Shown: positions 12,650-26,675, numbered from the stretch's first letter. The stretch is 64,000 nucleotides of DNA from Octopus bimaculoides (GCF_001194135.2 NC_068990.1:1794108-1858107); one strand, 5' to 3'. Notes: generated by a model not told the origin, from the sequence alone. Numbers and translations: made by a program.

Positions 12650-13850
12650 TACATGGAATATATATATATATATATATATACATGGAATATATATACATAC
12701 ATAAATATACACATATGCATACACAGGCACAGACACAAACAGACACAGATATACGGACACATACACGCACACGTTTATATTATACTGCCGTTTACCAATG
12801 TAGTCTGTGTTATAAGTTTATATTATATTACTGAGTTTGTCATACTTACTGTGGAACGTAATTTATTCTTTTCAATTATGGCAAATCCAATACACGACTA
12901 AAATCATGTGCAAAAATGAGAGTACTAATGGAGTGAGTGATTAAATTCGAATGAATATGTCCCCGCACTATCACCACCACCACCACCGCTGCCACCACCA
13001 CTACCACTACCACTACCACCACTGCTAACAACATAATCATTTTTGTTTATGTCCACTTTCCCTTCTGTCATGGGTTGGATGTGTTGTGACAGTCTGAGTC
13101 ATCCGTTACTAGCTGCTACTTCCACAGATTGCAAATCATGTATTACTTAGCCTCATTTCTACAGCTGCATGCCCTTTCTATCATTAACACTGAGAGGGAT
13201 CTTCAAACCATGCAGCCATGTACCTATTCTGTTCAGTTTACCAACCATTTTATGGATTATATTGGGTGCATGTAGATATCCTTCAGATATATATATATAT
13301 ATATTATTATTATTATTATTATTAAATTTCAGGGTAGCCAAAAAGTTTAGAAATTCTATTTGCTACCAGTGGTCTAGCGAGAAGAAAATAACTAGTCAAT
13401 AGACTATATATCATTCATATAAATACATACAGTGTATATTTTTATATATATANNNNNNNNNNNNNNNNNNNNNNNNNNNNNNNNNNNNNNNNNNNNNNNN
13501 NNNNNNNNNNNNNNNNNNNNNNNNNNNNNNNNNNNNNNNNNNNNNNNNNNNNNNNNNNNNNNNNNNNNNNNNNNNNNNNNNNNNNNNNNNNNNNNNNNNN
13601 NNNNNNNNNNNNNNNNNNNNNNNNNNNNNNNNNNNNNNNNNNNNNNNNNNNNNNNNNNNNNNNNNNNNNNNNNNNNNNNNNNNNNNNNNNNNNNNNNNNN
13701 NNNNNNNNNNNNNNNNNNNNNNNNNNNNNNNNNNNNNNNNNNNNNNNNNNNNNNNNNNNNNNNNNNNNNNNNNNNNNNNNNNNNNNNNNNNNNNNNNNNN
13801 NNNNNNNNNNNNNNNNNNNNNNNNNNNNNNNNNNNNNNNNNNNNNNNNNN

Positions 13851-14163
13851 NTGCCGGTGCCGCCTGACTGGCTCCTGTAGGATTTTCGAGCGAGATCGTT
13901 GCCGGTGCCCCTGGACTGGCTTGTGCGGGTGGCACATAAAAAACACCATTTCGAGCGTGGCCGTTTTCGTGCGGGTGACACGTAAAAGCACCCACTACAC
14001 TCTCTGAGTGGTTGGCGTTAGGAAGGGCATCCAGCTGTAGAAACTCTGCCAAATCAGACTGGAGCCTGGTGTTGCCATCCGGTTTCACCAGTCCTCAGTC
14101 AAATCGTCCAACCCATGCTAGCATGGAAAGCGGACGTTAAACGATGATGATGATGATGATGAT
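13851..14163 (+). mobile_element. SINE family C, well-preserved copy
   Basis: Repeated GCCTGACTGGC/AAAAGCACC modules, GGTTGGCGTTAGGAAGGGCATCCAGCTGTAGAAAC, tail CCCATGCTAGCATGGAAAGCGGACGTTAAAC(GAT)n. Confidence 0.85.
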
Positions 14164-15242
14164 ATATATTTGAACATACATACAGAGATCTATAAACACA
14201 TACACACACATATGCATACATATATATATACACATATATATCATTGATATGGATGTGTAGCTAGCAATATAGACATTGCTGTCTGTGCAATGGATGTCAA
14301 ATAAATGTAGCTATATGTCATCAGATTATAGATATTCATGTGTTTGCTTTTAGAACCATAACCACAATAGCCTACCCCTAACAAAAGCAGCCTTAAATAT
14401 ACAAGGATTTGATAAAACTAGTCTATAAATTAAAACTGACCCCATATAAAAGTGACAAGCAAAATCTGTAACAAGTCTTTCTTCCTGATACCTTAGTAGC
14501 TTCTAAGTGGAAGGAAGGGCAACAATGTTCTTTGTCTATCTCCTTAACTTCTTGGAGATTTGGGGCAAAAATATATTAATGTGTCCATCTGTTTTAATTT
14601 ACTTACATTCTATGTCTTTGTGCAGCTGAGGNNNNNNNNNNNNNNNNNNNNNNNNNNNNNNNNNNNNNNNNNNNNNNNNNNNNNNNNNNNNNNNNNNNNN
14701 NNNNNNATATATATATATATATATATACATATATAGTTATGGTATATTTTGTTAAGAACCTGGTAGAGTACAGTATAGTGTTTGTCCACTTTCAGATTTT
14801 ACCCTTGCATGTGTAACCAGCCATGAAAAACAAACCAACAGTACAAAGAAATCAAATGTCAATCCTTTTAAAATAACAACCATTTTAACTGTAGCAGAAT
14901 TGCCATCCCACAACATCTATGCATTCAAAGCAGTTTTCCAATGGCCTTTCAGCAACAACACACCTTGATAAATTTAGTGGCTACTACTAACTTCAGGCCA
15001 TGACAGATAGAGAGGATGCTCTTGAAGCTAAGAATTTGAACTTATGGACAAATTATTTACATATTGCCCGAGGAAAAATTAGATCTCATGATGCAAGGAA
15101 ACAGTGGCATAATCAAGTACCAGCACATCTGGCAAACTATGTTGCAAAGAAACATTTATAGTGATTGAAAATATATGTCCAACTGTACTCCTTGTTGACT
15201 CTAAATTTTTTCAATTATATATGTTTGTTTGTTCGTGTGTGT

Positions 15243-15290
<48 letters not shown>

Positions 15291-15422
15291 AGAAGGTTGT
15301 TTGTTATGATGGGTCAGAGAGTGACCATTGGTTTTGCACCTATAAAACACTTAGGTGTGTAGGCAACTTGTTAGATTTAAATGGACAGAGGCACATAACC
15401 TCTCTACAACTGGAAAGATATA

Positions 15423-15464
<42 letters not shown>

Positions 15465-15775
15465 ATGGAGCAATTATACAAAATGTATAAGTAGATGATG
15501 ATTAAAGCACCGGCACAGTTTTGATTACCTGTTGTTATCTGTAGATTTATTGTAGGAACATCGTAGTGATGGTTGAGATAACAGCATTAATAAAATAGGT
15601 GGATGGAATGAGTAAAAGATTTTATTTAGTATGACACATGTTTCGACCCGAGAAAATGATGGGATGAGCCATCACTGTTGTAAGTGTTAAGAGAAAAAAA
15701 AAACCCAGCAGAAGTTGAAAGGAAGATAATACTTAGATGAATTTTTTTTTTGTATTTGTGCTTAGATGCACATAT

Positions 15776-15865
<90 letters not shown>

Positions 15866-15899
15866 CTGTTTACATATACATTTTTTTCTACTATAAGCA

Positions 15900-16100
15900 C
15901 ATGGCCCAAAATTTTTGTGGTGGGGGGGGTCCAGTCAATTATATCAACCCCAGTATGCAATTGATACTTAATTTATTGACCCTGATAGAATGAAAGGCAA
16001 AGTCAACCTTGGCGGAATTTGAACTCAGAATGTAAAGACCTGAAATACCACTAAGCATTTTGCCTGGTGTACAAACGTTTCTGCCAGCTCGCTGCCTTGT
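15900..16100 (-). mobile_element. SINE family B
   Basis: Reverse complement of the family B body (GGCGGAATTTGAACTCAGAA...CTAAGCATTTTGCC...TTCTGCCAGCTCGC). Confidence 0.8.
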
Positions 16101-16134
16101 TTACATATACATTGGCAAAAGATATTTTGTAAAG

Positions 16135-16290
16135 TAGTTGGTGTTAGGAAAGGCATCCAATGGCAAAAACCATGCTGAAACAGTCAATGTAGCTTGGTGC
16201 AGTCACCTGGCTTTCCAGCTCCTGTCAAATCGTCCAAACCATGCCAGCATGGAAGACAGATGTTAAATGATGCTGATGATGATGATGATT
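16135..16290 (+). mobile_element. SINE family C 3' fragment
   Basis: GTTGGTGTTAGGAAAGGCATCC...CCATGCCAGCATGGAAGACAGATGTTAAATGATG. Confidence 0.7.
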
Positions 16291-17459
16291 TTTATTTTAA
16301 TGTTGATGATAAATGAGAGGCATCCATACAGTTTCCATCTATCCCATTCCACTCATCCAACTTTGGAAGGAACTACTTGCCCAATTAATTCTGGACAGTA
16401 AATTCAAACCTGGAACACATGATAAACCAAACTTCTTAACCACATAGCTATTCTTGCACTCCTATACTTGCTGGAATAATTATTGAACCAGAATCTGTTT
16501 AGTGACTAATATTGTGATCCTGTTTTTCAGCACCAAACAATTATTTCTAGTTTGTTTTTAATGCACTATGTATTATATATATATATATATATATATATTA
16601 ACTCTAAGTTAAAATGTAATCTTTTTAAAATGGTAAAAGTGAAGATAAAAGAATATATTTTGAATTGAGAATGCAATTTTATTTAATTTTATTCTCTCGT
16701 TTTTTTTTTTGTCTCAAATCTTGACTTTCTTGTTAATACATTTTTATCTCTGCAGATAAATCAGAATATATCACTTGATGCTATTCTTTAAATAAATTAT
16801 GATTTAATTAGTTATTTTACAAAGGATAATAATAAAGAAAAAAGAGTAACAAAATACTTTCTGATTAAGTTAAGACATTTCAAAATTAGCATAAGATAAT
16901 TTAAAATTTTCTACTACATAAAATATTAGCATTTAGATCTTTGTGGATTTCTTTTCGCTATTTGTTATTTCGAGGGAGAAGATTAAGTTAGTATTTGTAT
17001 TATTGCAAATATTTTATCAAAGCTATAAAAGAGAGAAACAAACAAATAAACACATAAACAAACAAATAAACAAACAAACAAACAAATAGAAAAACTTTCT
17101 CTTCTGAGTTGCACAGTGTTCAATGGGGAGATGGGTGTGGTTAGGTGTCTTTTAAATTCATTATACCAAAGTAACCAGTATAACTAACAAAATTTGTTTT
17201 TAATAAACCAAATTATCTCTGGTTGTCATTTTCACTCAACAAACCTGTCAAAGAAAATATATTCTATTAATGTTTCAGTCTTCTCTCTTTCTCTCTCTTC
17301 ATTATCTATGTTATATGTTAATTCTCTACTTACGTACTGGGATGTATTTATTTAACGTTATATATATAGGAAAGTTTAGTTTACAGATTACTACATATTA
17401 AATGAATGTGCAAACACAAACACACTCACACATATATGCATGTGAATGCATGTATTTTT

Positions 17460-17910
17460 TATCTTCATCGTTCATTTGCTTCAGTCATTGGACTGTGGCC
17501 ATGCTGGGGCACCACCTTGAAGGGTTTTAACTGAATGAGTGAAATCCAGTACTTATATATGTTTTTTTTTTTTTAAGCCTGGTTTTGATTCTATCAATCT
17601 CTAATGAACAACTAATTTACAGGAACGTAAACAAACCAACACTGATTGTCAAGTGGGGGATGGGAGATAAACACACAAACATACACACAAACACACACAT
17701 ATATATAATTACACTCATACACACATATGGGTGAACGCATATGCACTACAGGCTTCTGTCAGTTTCTGTCTACCAAATTTGTTCAGAAGGCTTTGGTTGT
17801 CCTGTATCTGTAACAGAAAAAAACTATTGTCCAAGGTACCATGCAGTGAGACTGAACCTGGAATTATATGGTTGGGAAGGAAACTTCTTACCGCACAACC
17901 ATGCCTATGC
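17460..17910 (-). mobile_element. SINE family A, degraded
   Basis: Reverse-complement tail (CAGTCATTGGACTGTGGCCATGCTGGGGCACC) through head (GGCTTCTGTCAGTTTCTGTCTACC...CACAACCATGCCTATG). Confidence 0.75.
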
Positions 17911-18994
17911 ATATCTACACAAATGTACAAATTTATACTTGTGTATTGAGTTCAGTTTCTCTGCATATATAACACATAGTCATTTAAGAATCCACAAACC
18001 AGAAAAAATAGGCACTTGTATATTTGTCTATAATGTGAGTATATTAACCAAAGTATACAGTATTATAGATCCATTTCAGCTGGTCTTACCAAATGGTTTT
18101 GCATTGAGTATTAAATAACTAGATATTAGATAGTAATGCGGTCATCTATAACCATACGGTTTTCAGAGATGACAGGTATGGAAAAAAATATTAAGACCAT
18201 TCCTGCCATCTCCGAAGAGCTCATGGTTTTAGATAAGTGTTCTCTTATCTACTATCTTGTTATACCCTGTGTGAAACTGACTAGAAAATCAGTTGAAATG
18301 GGTCTATACTACTATATACTTTAAGATATATATATATATATATATATATATGCATGCATGTATGTATGTATGTTTGTATGTATGTATGTATATATATATA
18401 TGTATATACACTTACGTTCATATATATATATATATGTGTGTGTATGTATATATATATATATATATATATGCATACATATGTGTGTGTGTGTGTGTGTGTG
18501 CGCGCATGTGTGTATATATACTTTATTGTATGTTTAACATTTGATTTTTCATGCTAACATAGCTTGGACCAAAATTAATTTTGGGCCAGGATTTTATGGG
18601 TGTGCGCCCTTCTTGTTGCCAACCCTTACCTGCTTTGCATGTAAATTTTTATTCCATGGGCCTTTGACAGCACACAGTGATGTGTCATAGGGTCATCAAA
18701 AACTGCCAACATAAGTACCATTTCACATGCCTGTGGAGAGGAGGTTGAGTTGATGGCATATGGCCACCTTGAGAATAAGCAACACCTATATCATAATCTT
18801 CCAGATTACAAAATCCAATGAAATGCCTGCATGGATTGGACTGGATTGGATTGGATTACCTATGTTCAGTCTACTGCAGGACAAAGGCTTCCACATTTTC
18901 TCTCCATCAACCCTGATCTGATGTGAAGGCCATGAATTTGTACTCCATATCATACTAGTTTGATGAACCCTACTCTGCCACACTGGCTTGAAAG

Positions 18995-19170
18995 AGGAGC
19001 AAGCTGGCAGAAATGTTTACATCCCAGGAAAATGCTTAGTGGTGTTTCATCCATTCTTATGTTCTGAGTTCAAATTCTGCCGAGGTTGACTTTGCCTTTT
19101 ATCCTTTCAGGGTTGATAGAATAAGTACCAGTTGAGCACTGGGGTTGATGTAATCGATTTAACTTCCCCT
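18995..19170 (+). mobile_element. SINE family B
   Basis: AGCTGGCAGAAATG...GTTCTGAGTTCAAATTCTGCCGAGGTTGACTTTGCC...GTACCAGTTGAGCACTGGGGTTGATG. Confidence 0.8.
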
Positions 19171-20249
19171 GGGTAAGAGTATATAAAGTGCCTGAATAGA
19201 AATCATCCCACTATCTAATTCTATACTGGGCTGGTTAGAGTCTGTCTTATGGAAAAAAAAAGCCAAGACCAATGAGGTTGGAAAAGCTTAGTAAAGCAAA
19301 AAATTTCAGGGCTTTAATGGCAGAAATGTTGTGGGAGTCATCATCATCATCATCATCGTCGTTTAACGTCCGCCTTCCATGCTAGCATGGGTTGGTTTCA
19401 CTTATTTTAGATTACATTATCTAATATGGGCTTTACATTTTTAAAAGTGTGTTTTGAGAGAAATTTGACTGCTATTTCTGACTGTTTAAGTGACCGGGTA
19501 GAGACTCCACTTAACAGCTTATAGATTAAATGTTAGTTCTGATAGTAGAATTCTTGCTGGCCTGAGATAAAATATTTAAATGGCTTCTCTTCATTACATC
19601 CAGAGCTTTTGGCTGACTTAAACATAACACTGTGCTTGATGCTTCACTTCTATTATTCAGCATAGTGATATGATATCTATTTATAGCTAAGTGGACTTAG
19701 ACCAACACAGTTAACTTGTCTTTGACAGAAATATCACAGTGTCAATGGTGCAGTATGATGTGTCAGCAATTTGATAAATAATCTAGCTGTGCACTAAGAA
19801 CCACCTACCTAGAAGAGTCTACATATTATAAGCTAGAGTATACTAATCCTAATATATAAAAGTAAGCTGAAGTTGTAGTGATATGGTAAGACTAAAAGAT
19901 TTACGATACATTCTTGTCTAATGAAATGCAATTATTGAAAGATTTATTACATTCTGAGTGTAATGTAACTCAGCACAATAAACTTACAGTATCAGTATAA
20001 GTGTCCATATAGTTTGTTTCATTCCCAAATATATTTTGATGTGTAACAAATCCATTGGACAAATTCTGCTGGTAGCTCTAATCAAATCAGTTTTCTGTTG
20101 AACAAGTAAACAATGGTTTGCAGTTCACTCTGAAACTGATCTGGCTTTATTCCTGCCCTGCCTTATTTTTTTACTGTAATGAATGTATGAATGTGTGAAT
20201 TCTACATATTCTTTGTGATTTATAGACTGTAGCCTTTAATACTGGTGAA

Positions 20250-20420
20250 TCATCATCATCATCATCATCATCGTTTAACGTCCGCTTTCCATGCTGGCAT
20301 GGGTTGGACGATTTGACTGAGGACTGGTGAAACCGGATGGCAACACCAGGCTCCAATCTGATTTGGCAGAGTTTCTACAGCTGGATGCCCTTCCTAGCGC
20401 CAACCACTCAGAGAGTGTTG
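20250..20420 (-). mobile_element. SINE family C 3' part, well preserved
   Basis: (CAT)nCGTTTAACGTCCGCTTTCCATGCTGGCATGGGTTGGACG...GGATGCCCTTCCTAGCGCCAACC. Confidence 0.85.
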
Positions 20421-20984
20421 TTTACATAATTTATTTGAGATGAAAATATAAGTTTCATGTTAGAAAAATAACTGAAAATGTGTGGCTCATCGTTAGTTGG
20501 ATCATGGGAATACCACTAAAGCAGGGTTCAACTATAGATGGGGGGCAACTGAGGTGACTTCGGTGGACATCAGCTCCATTGTTAAACATTTTAAAGCAGA
20601 GCATTATTGACTGCGCCACTTCACTTGACACCAATCCTTTTAGTTGTCTCTTAAGACCAGCAAAGATATAGATGTCCATATTTTAAGACAGCACTTTATG
20701 CACCACCACCACCACCACCACCGCCGCCGCTTTCAAATGATGCATACATGCATATGTACATACATACATACATACATGCATATATATATACATATATATA
20801 TAATAAATAAATAATATAATATATATATATACATGCATATATGGGTACAGGGCGTCATCAATGGTGCAAATAACATGAAATACGTAAACAAATGAGGGGA
20901 AAATGAGTGAAATATGTAAACAACGAGAAAGAAATGGAAAACAGAAAAGGGACACTTCATTAATTGTCAGCCTTCTGTATTTAT

Positions 20985-21203
20985 CTTTTACTTGTTTCAG
21001 CCATTAGAATGAATCAACCTCCGTATCTTATTTTTAAAGCCTGCTACTTACTTATTTTATTAGTTACTTCTGCCAAACCGCTAAGTTCTGGAATGTAAAC
21101 AGACCAAAACTGTCATGCAGTAGTGGGCGACACACACACACGCACGCATGCACGCACGCACAAACGCACACACGCACACACGCACACACACACACACACG
21201 CAC

Positions 21204-21239
<36 letters not shown>

Positions 21240-21301
21240 GTTTCTCTCAGTTTTTGCCTCCCAAATCCACTCACGAGGCTTTGGTCAAGCCAAGGCTATA
21301 G
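20985..21301 (-). mobile_element. SINE family A (5' end in gap)
   Basis: Tail TATCTTTTACTTGTTTCAGCC, (CA)n centre, CCAAATCCACTCACGAGGCTTTGGTC. Confidence 0.7.
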
Positions 21302-21726
21302 NNNNNNNNNNNNNNNNNNNNNNNNNNNNNNNNNNNNNNNNNNNNNNNNNNNNNNNNNNNNNNNNNNNNNNNNNNNNNNNNNNNNNNNNNNNNNNNNNNN
21401 NNNNNNNNNNNNNNNNNNNNNNNNNNNNNNNNNNNNNNNNNNNNNNNNNNNNNNNNNNNNNNNNNNNNNNNNNNNNNNNNNNNNNNNNNNNNNNNNNNNN
21501 NNNNNNNNNNNNNNNNNNNNNNNNNNNNNNNNNNNNNNNNNNNNNNNNNNNNNNNNNNNNNNNNNNNNNNNNNNTAACCAGCTGGAGGAGGTGTCCTCCT
21601 GTGGTTACAAATGGTAGTAACATTGGTTTGTACGGAACAGCCATGTTGAAGTGGTGATAAACATTACTTCTCAGTATAGTTACTACTTTCATCACTTATA
21701 GAGATTTCCTAACTACCTACTTCACT

Positions 21727-21780
<54 letters not shown>

Positions 21781-22369
21781 ATCTGTGTGTATGTATTTTT
21801 ATATGTATGTATATGTGTGTGTGTATATATTTATATGTGTGTATGTATCTATGTCAATTTATATGTATGTATACTATGTATATATCGACAGCTTAATGTA
21901 TTGTTTATTCAGTGTAAAGATTTTAAATAAATGACTATGAGGTGTAGTAAAATGCAGCTGTTGTCCTCAAGAGTACCGCATAAACAAAGAATAAAAAGCA
22001 ACAAGGTGAACTATGGAATGCAATTCCAGAAAATAGTAATGGAAGAACTACGTTAACAAGATATAAAACTTTTTGTTTTATATTGTGTTATGGTATTTTA
22101 AAGCCATAAAATAGTGCGTTCATTGCTGTGGCTCTTCCTACTTTTGTTATGCCAGTTCTTGCTTGTGGCTCCAAAGCACAAGTTGCTTGATTATAGTACT
22201 AGATGAGATCGCAGAAGTATGAGAGAAGCGCAATACATTGTAAGGACTAAACAAAATATACCTTGGACTTCAGTATGATTTGAGGGAGGTTTGGTAGCTT
22301 TTTTAATTGTGTTAGCCTAACATGGATTGGTAAAAAAAAATAATAAAGTTACCTTCTTGAATCTTGCAG

Positions 22370-22598
22370 ACTTATAAAGGCCAGTTTCCTGGTTTCGTGG
22401 TGTATATATTCCCCACCTGGTTAGGACACCAGTCCATTACAGGATTACTCACTTTTGCTAGCTAAATGTACTGGAGTGACTGGGACAATGTGAAATGAAG
22501 GGTTTTTCTCAAGAATATAATGTATCACCCAGTCCAGGAATTGAAACCACAGTCTTACAATCATGAGTCCAATGCCCTAACCACTAAGCCATGCACCC
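22370..22598 (-). mobile_element. SINE family D (tRNA-like head, TTTCACATTGTCCCAG-type core)
   Basis: Reverse complement GGTGCATGGCTTAGTGGTTAGGGCATTGGACTCATGATTGTAAG...GTTTCAATTCCTGG (A/B-box-like); homologs at ~3330, 25040, 31250, 56900, 58140, 59780. Confidence 0.7.
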
Positions 22599-22904
22599 AA
22601 CCACTAAATCACATGTAGTATGTAGTGGCTTCCTCATTGGCTCATACATTCATAGTATGCAAGCATAAAACTGAAGGGGGTGTGATTTCAAGGATATTTG
22701 TCTGGTGTTTCTGACAGATCAAGTTACCATTATCCAATATGGCATCAACGAAAACAGAATAAACGAGATAAATAGAACAATCTAGAAAGACAGGTAACAT
22801 TCCCAAATAGACTCATGTCCTAAGATATAAACTTTTGATAGGTAGATGGAAGTACAGTGTCAGGGATCAAGTTGTGGATGTGTGACAAAAGACTTTGAAA
22901 CCTT

Positions 22905-23100
22905 CATCATCATCATCATCATCATCATTTAGCATTCACTTTCCATGCTGGCATGGGTTAGACAGTTTGACTGGAACTGGTAAGCTGGAGAGCTGTACCA
23001 GGTTTCAGTCTGATTTGGCATGGTTTCTCCAGCCAGATGCCCTTCCAAATGCCAACCACTCCAAGAGTGTAGTGGGTGCTTTTATGTGTCACCAACATGG
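22905..23100 (-). mobile_element. SINE family C 3' part
   Basis: (CAT)nTTAGCATTCACTTTCCATGCTGGCATGGG...GATGCCCTTCCAAATGCCAACC. Confidence 0.75.
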
Positions 23101-23257
23101 GTACCTTTCACAGGTTATATAATCGTTCTTAGATCATAGATCTATCATCATCTCACAGGGTCAATAGGCTGAAGCTTATCCTAGTGCCTATAAGTTATTA
23201 GCCACCAAAAATACAATATTCTTTTCCGAATGGGATACCAAGCCATCTCAGAATTAA

Positions 23258-23478
23258 CCTTTTAGTATTCAGATCACCCTGTCAAATGTGATGCTCATTT
23301 ATTCACATTGTTTTGAATTAATCATGCATTTTCATGTAGCTTTGAGATTTCTCTGATGTGATTGTTTATTTTTAGAATGACATTGTAGGGAAGGTGTGAG
23401 AGGCTAAATCCAGTTGGTTTGCTTGTAAAACAGGCAGAATATTTTGAGCAGGAAATGGTCACTTTAAATGGTAAATGG
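23258..23478. mobile_element. piggyBac-like MITE
   Basis: TTAA at 23254-23257 and 23479-23482 flanking degenerate TIRs CCTTTTAGTATT / AATGGTAAATGG; a second copy at ~59270-59452 ends AAATGCTAAAGGGTCAA. Confidence 0.6.
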
Positions 23479-24746
23479 TTAAGTCCCAGCTGTTACTTGT
23501 AGACATAGAGTGAGTTGGAGCAGTGTAAAATGAAAGTGTTCTGCTCTGGAGCAAAATGTGCTGCTTGATCAAGGAACTGAAAGCATGACCTTATGATCAT
23601 GAATCAAGCTGTAGGCCATGCACTTTTACTATTCTTACTTCGATGTATTAAAAAAAAAAATTTTTCTTGCCTCGGGCCCTAAACTCATAATGGAATCATA
23701 GAGAACTACTATTGTTTTTATACTCCATTTCATAATTATTTTAAGTTTGCATTTTGATGCTGTGTGCATTAAATATATTAACATTAGCTTTAGTCTGTTA
23801 TACTGATAAGCATCAAAAGATATATCTGAAAACATAAATTATAAGAAGCCAAACTAGTAGAGTTTTTTTAATTTCATTTTTAGTTTTTTAATGTACCATA
23901 AAGATGAAAAATAAAAATCTTAAGAAACAGGAAGAACACATGGGAAACATAAACTACGTATTTTCGAAAAAAATTTTCTTCATCTCATAAGAGTAAATTC
24001 TTTGAATAAGATGAATAAGATGAAAATGATCTTCAAAAACTGAACTACTTTCCCTAAAAAATTAAATTATATATATATTATATGGTTGTTGACATTTATG
24101 GTTCTTAATACGTGTTCAGTTTTGAACTTAGAACCATTATGTGAGTTTAGAAAGCACTTTATTTGGAAAGAGGATGAGAGAGATGAGGGAGAGAGTGATG
24201 GCTATAGACATAAAGTGGAGCAATAGTAGATATAATTTGAAGCAATAAAGCAAACATTTTGTTTAAATGAAAGATCATTGAACCTCCCTGAGAGTCATTT
24301 CAGTGGTTTTGTAATCTGCTGGAAACAGCAACTGAATTACCGTCACATCATATTCTCTGTCTAAAAAAAAAGCACAAATTGGGCAGTGCTGAGTTGGATG
24401 TACAAACAATGACATTGTCACAGCTGGAATGGGATGCTTTAGATCTTAGGTCTACTGGAATTGGGTTGGTTTTGGAGTTAAACAACATAAACAACCCCCC
24501 CCCCCCAAAAAAAAAAACAAACAAAAAAAAAGGGCAACAGTTATAACAAGAACAATGTTGGAGGAAGAGTTGACAGAACTAAGTTTTAGCATTCTATGAT
24601 CTACTCCAGATAGAGGAAAACTAATGACAACCCACCCAATTATACACATATGCATACACACTCACTCATACATGCATAAACACATATACCTGCATACATG
24701 TATGTATACATACATATATAAATATATGTGCCTTTGTATGTGTGTG

Positions 24747-24806
<60 letters not shown>

Positions 24807-24844
24807 CACACACATACAAAGGCATATATATATGTGCTTTTCTT

Positions 24845-25010
24845 TTTCAATATGTAACCACTTGTGCATCGTTGGCGATTTTCTTTCTCAGTCTTCTCTT
24901 CTTTGGACTTTTTCTATATTTTCGATGAAGAGCTCCGCTCGAAATGTGAAATCCTCTTTCTATTCTTTCCTTTCCTGAGCGTCCACTAACACAGTACTTG
25001 TTCCACATCC
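24845..25010 (+). mobile_element. Penelope-like terminus with degenerate hammerhead motif
   Basis: TCGATGA-A-GAGC-tcc-GCTC-GAAA at 24922-24944. Confidence 0.45.
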
Positions 25011-25039
25011 TTGGGTTGTGAGTTCCACATCCAAGAGGT

Positions 25040-25320
25040 TGTGAGTTAAAATCCTGGACCAGGTTTCGCGTTCTTGATCAAGGCACTTTATTTCACGTTG
25101 CTCCAGTTTACTCGTCTGTAGAAATGAGTTGCGATGTCACTGGTACCAAGCTGTATTGGCCTTTGCCTTTTCCTTGGATAACATCGGTGACATGAAGAGG
25201 GGAGGCTGGTATGCATAGGCGACTGCTGGTCTTCCAAAAACAACCTTACCTGGACTTGTGCCTCGGAGGGTACCATTTTAGGTGCAATCCCATGGTCATT
25301 CATGACCAAAAGGGGGTCTC
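25040..25320 (+). mobile_element. SINE family D
   Basis: TTGATCAAGGCACTTTATTTCACGTTGCTCCAGTTTACTC...GAAATGAGTTGCGATGTCACTGG...CATGACCAAAAGGGGGTCTC. Confidence 0.7.
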
Positions 25321-25943
25321 TGATATATATATATATATATATGAGGAAAAGGGATTAAATAAATCCAAGTGAATGCTTGTTTAAGCACTCTGTGGAAATT
25401 GAAAAGCCTGGCTAACTAAATTGCCTCGGTGTTATTATGGCAATCTGTGTATGTTGTTATTCTTTTCTTGTGACAGACACAGTTTATAAATCTGATGCAG
25501 AACACCAGTTAAATTTGGTATATTAATCACAAAGTATATTAGCAAAAAAAACATATAGAATGAAAATGCATTATCAATAATTTATCTATCTTACACATGT
25601 TTCGATTAGCTTGACACAATGCAAGTGCTGTACATTGCAGTATGCATATTTAATCAATTTTTCATTTGATTAATGAAATTGCCAAAGATACAGAGCATGT
25701 AGCTGTCAAAATGCTTCTGCTAAATTTTGTATACATTGAGATATTGTGGAAGGGGTTTATAAACAATAAATTCCAGACTACTGTCTCCATTTTATTGTCA
25801 AGTAGTCATGTCATGAGCAAGGAGATGTATCTTTAGCAGATGCTCTTAGTTTAATGATTGCATGTAGTTGTATGTATCTTGTCAAGATAGAATTGTAACT
25901 TAATCTGTGATGTTAAGTGCAACTTAATTAATAGTAGAAGACA

Positions 25944-25986
<43 letters not shown>

Positions 25987-26389
25987 TGGCACCTCCAGCA
26001 CTTGGGCTGTTTGGGCTTAACCCAAGTATAAATTTAGTAGAGTGAACATGTATTTGCAAGCTGATTTAATTTCTGCCAACACTGACTTCGAGTATGTCAT
26101 TGCAGCCAATAACTCAGGCTCCTTTTATTGAGCCTGGTCGCAGTTCATTTACTTTTGTTCAGCATCTGTTAGTTGTCTTAGAGGTGCCCTGCATCAAAAA
26201 ATATCATTTGTAGCAGACATTCTCTCCACATCATTCACACACACCTGACATTATAGAAGTTATAGCAGAAGTTACAGCCCGAGTTGTTATCTATAATCAT
26301 AGAAATTAAAAGTAATTCAAATTCAATGTTTTCTTGAAACAATAAATTTCTATAGAGATTAGAATTTAAATTCCAATCGATGAAAGGTT

Positions 26390-26670
26390 ACTGTTTGTCA
26401 GGCAACATGCTGTGCTTGAGAAGACCTATTGAGTCAAGTAAAATTGAAATCAAAATGGAAATCGCAGTTGTGGCCAGTGCCAGTGCCACTTGATGAGCAC
26501 CCATCTTGGTGGCACATAATAAGCACCATTCAAGTGTCAGTCGATGCCAGTGCTGCCTGACTGGCTCCCATGCTGCTGGTATGTAAAGAGCACCATCCGA
26601 ATGTGGTCAATGCCAGTGCCTCCTGACTGGCTCCTCTGCTGGTGGCATGTATAAAGCACCATCTGAATGT
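26390..26670 (+). mobile_element. SINE family C 5'/modular part
   Basis: GGCAACATGCTGTGCTTGAGAAGACC followed by repeated GCCAGTGC..CCTGACTGGCTCC..GGCA..TAAAGCACCAT modules. Confidence 0.65.
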
Positions 26671-26675
26671 GGGCC

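Noticed and set aside
16756-16791. Possible terminal exon INQNISLDAIL* after CTCTGCAG
   Set aside because: Too short, with no homology or linked exons.
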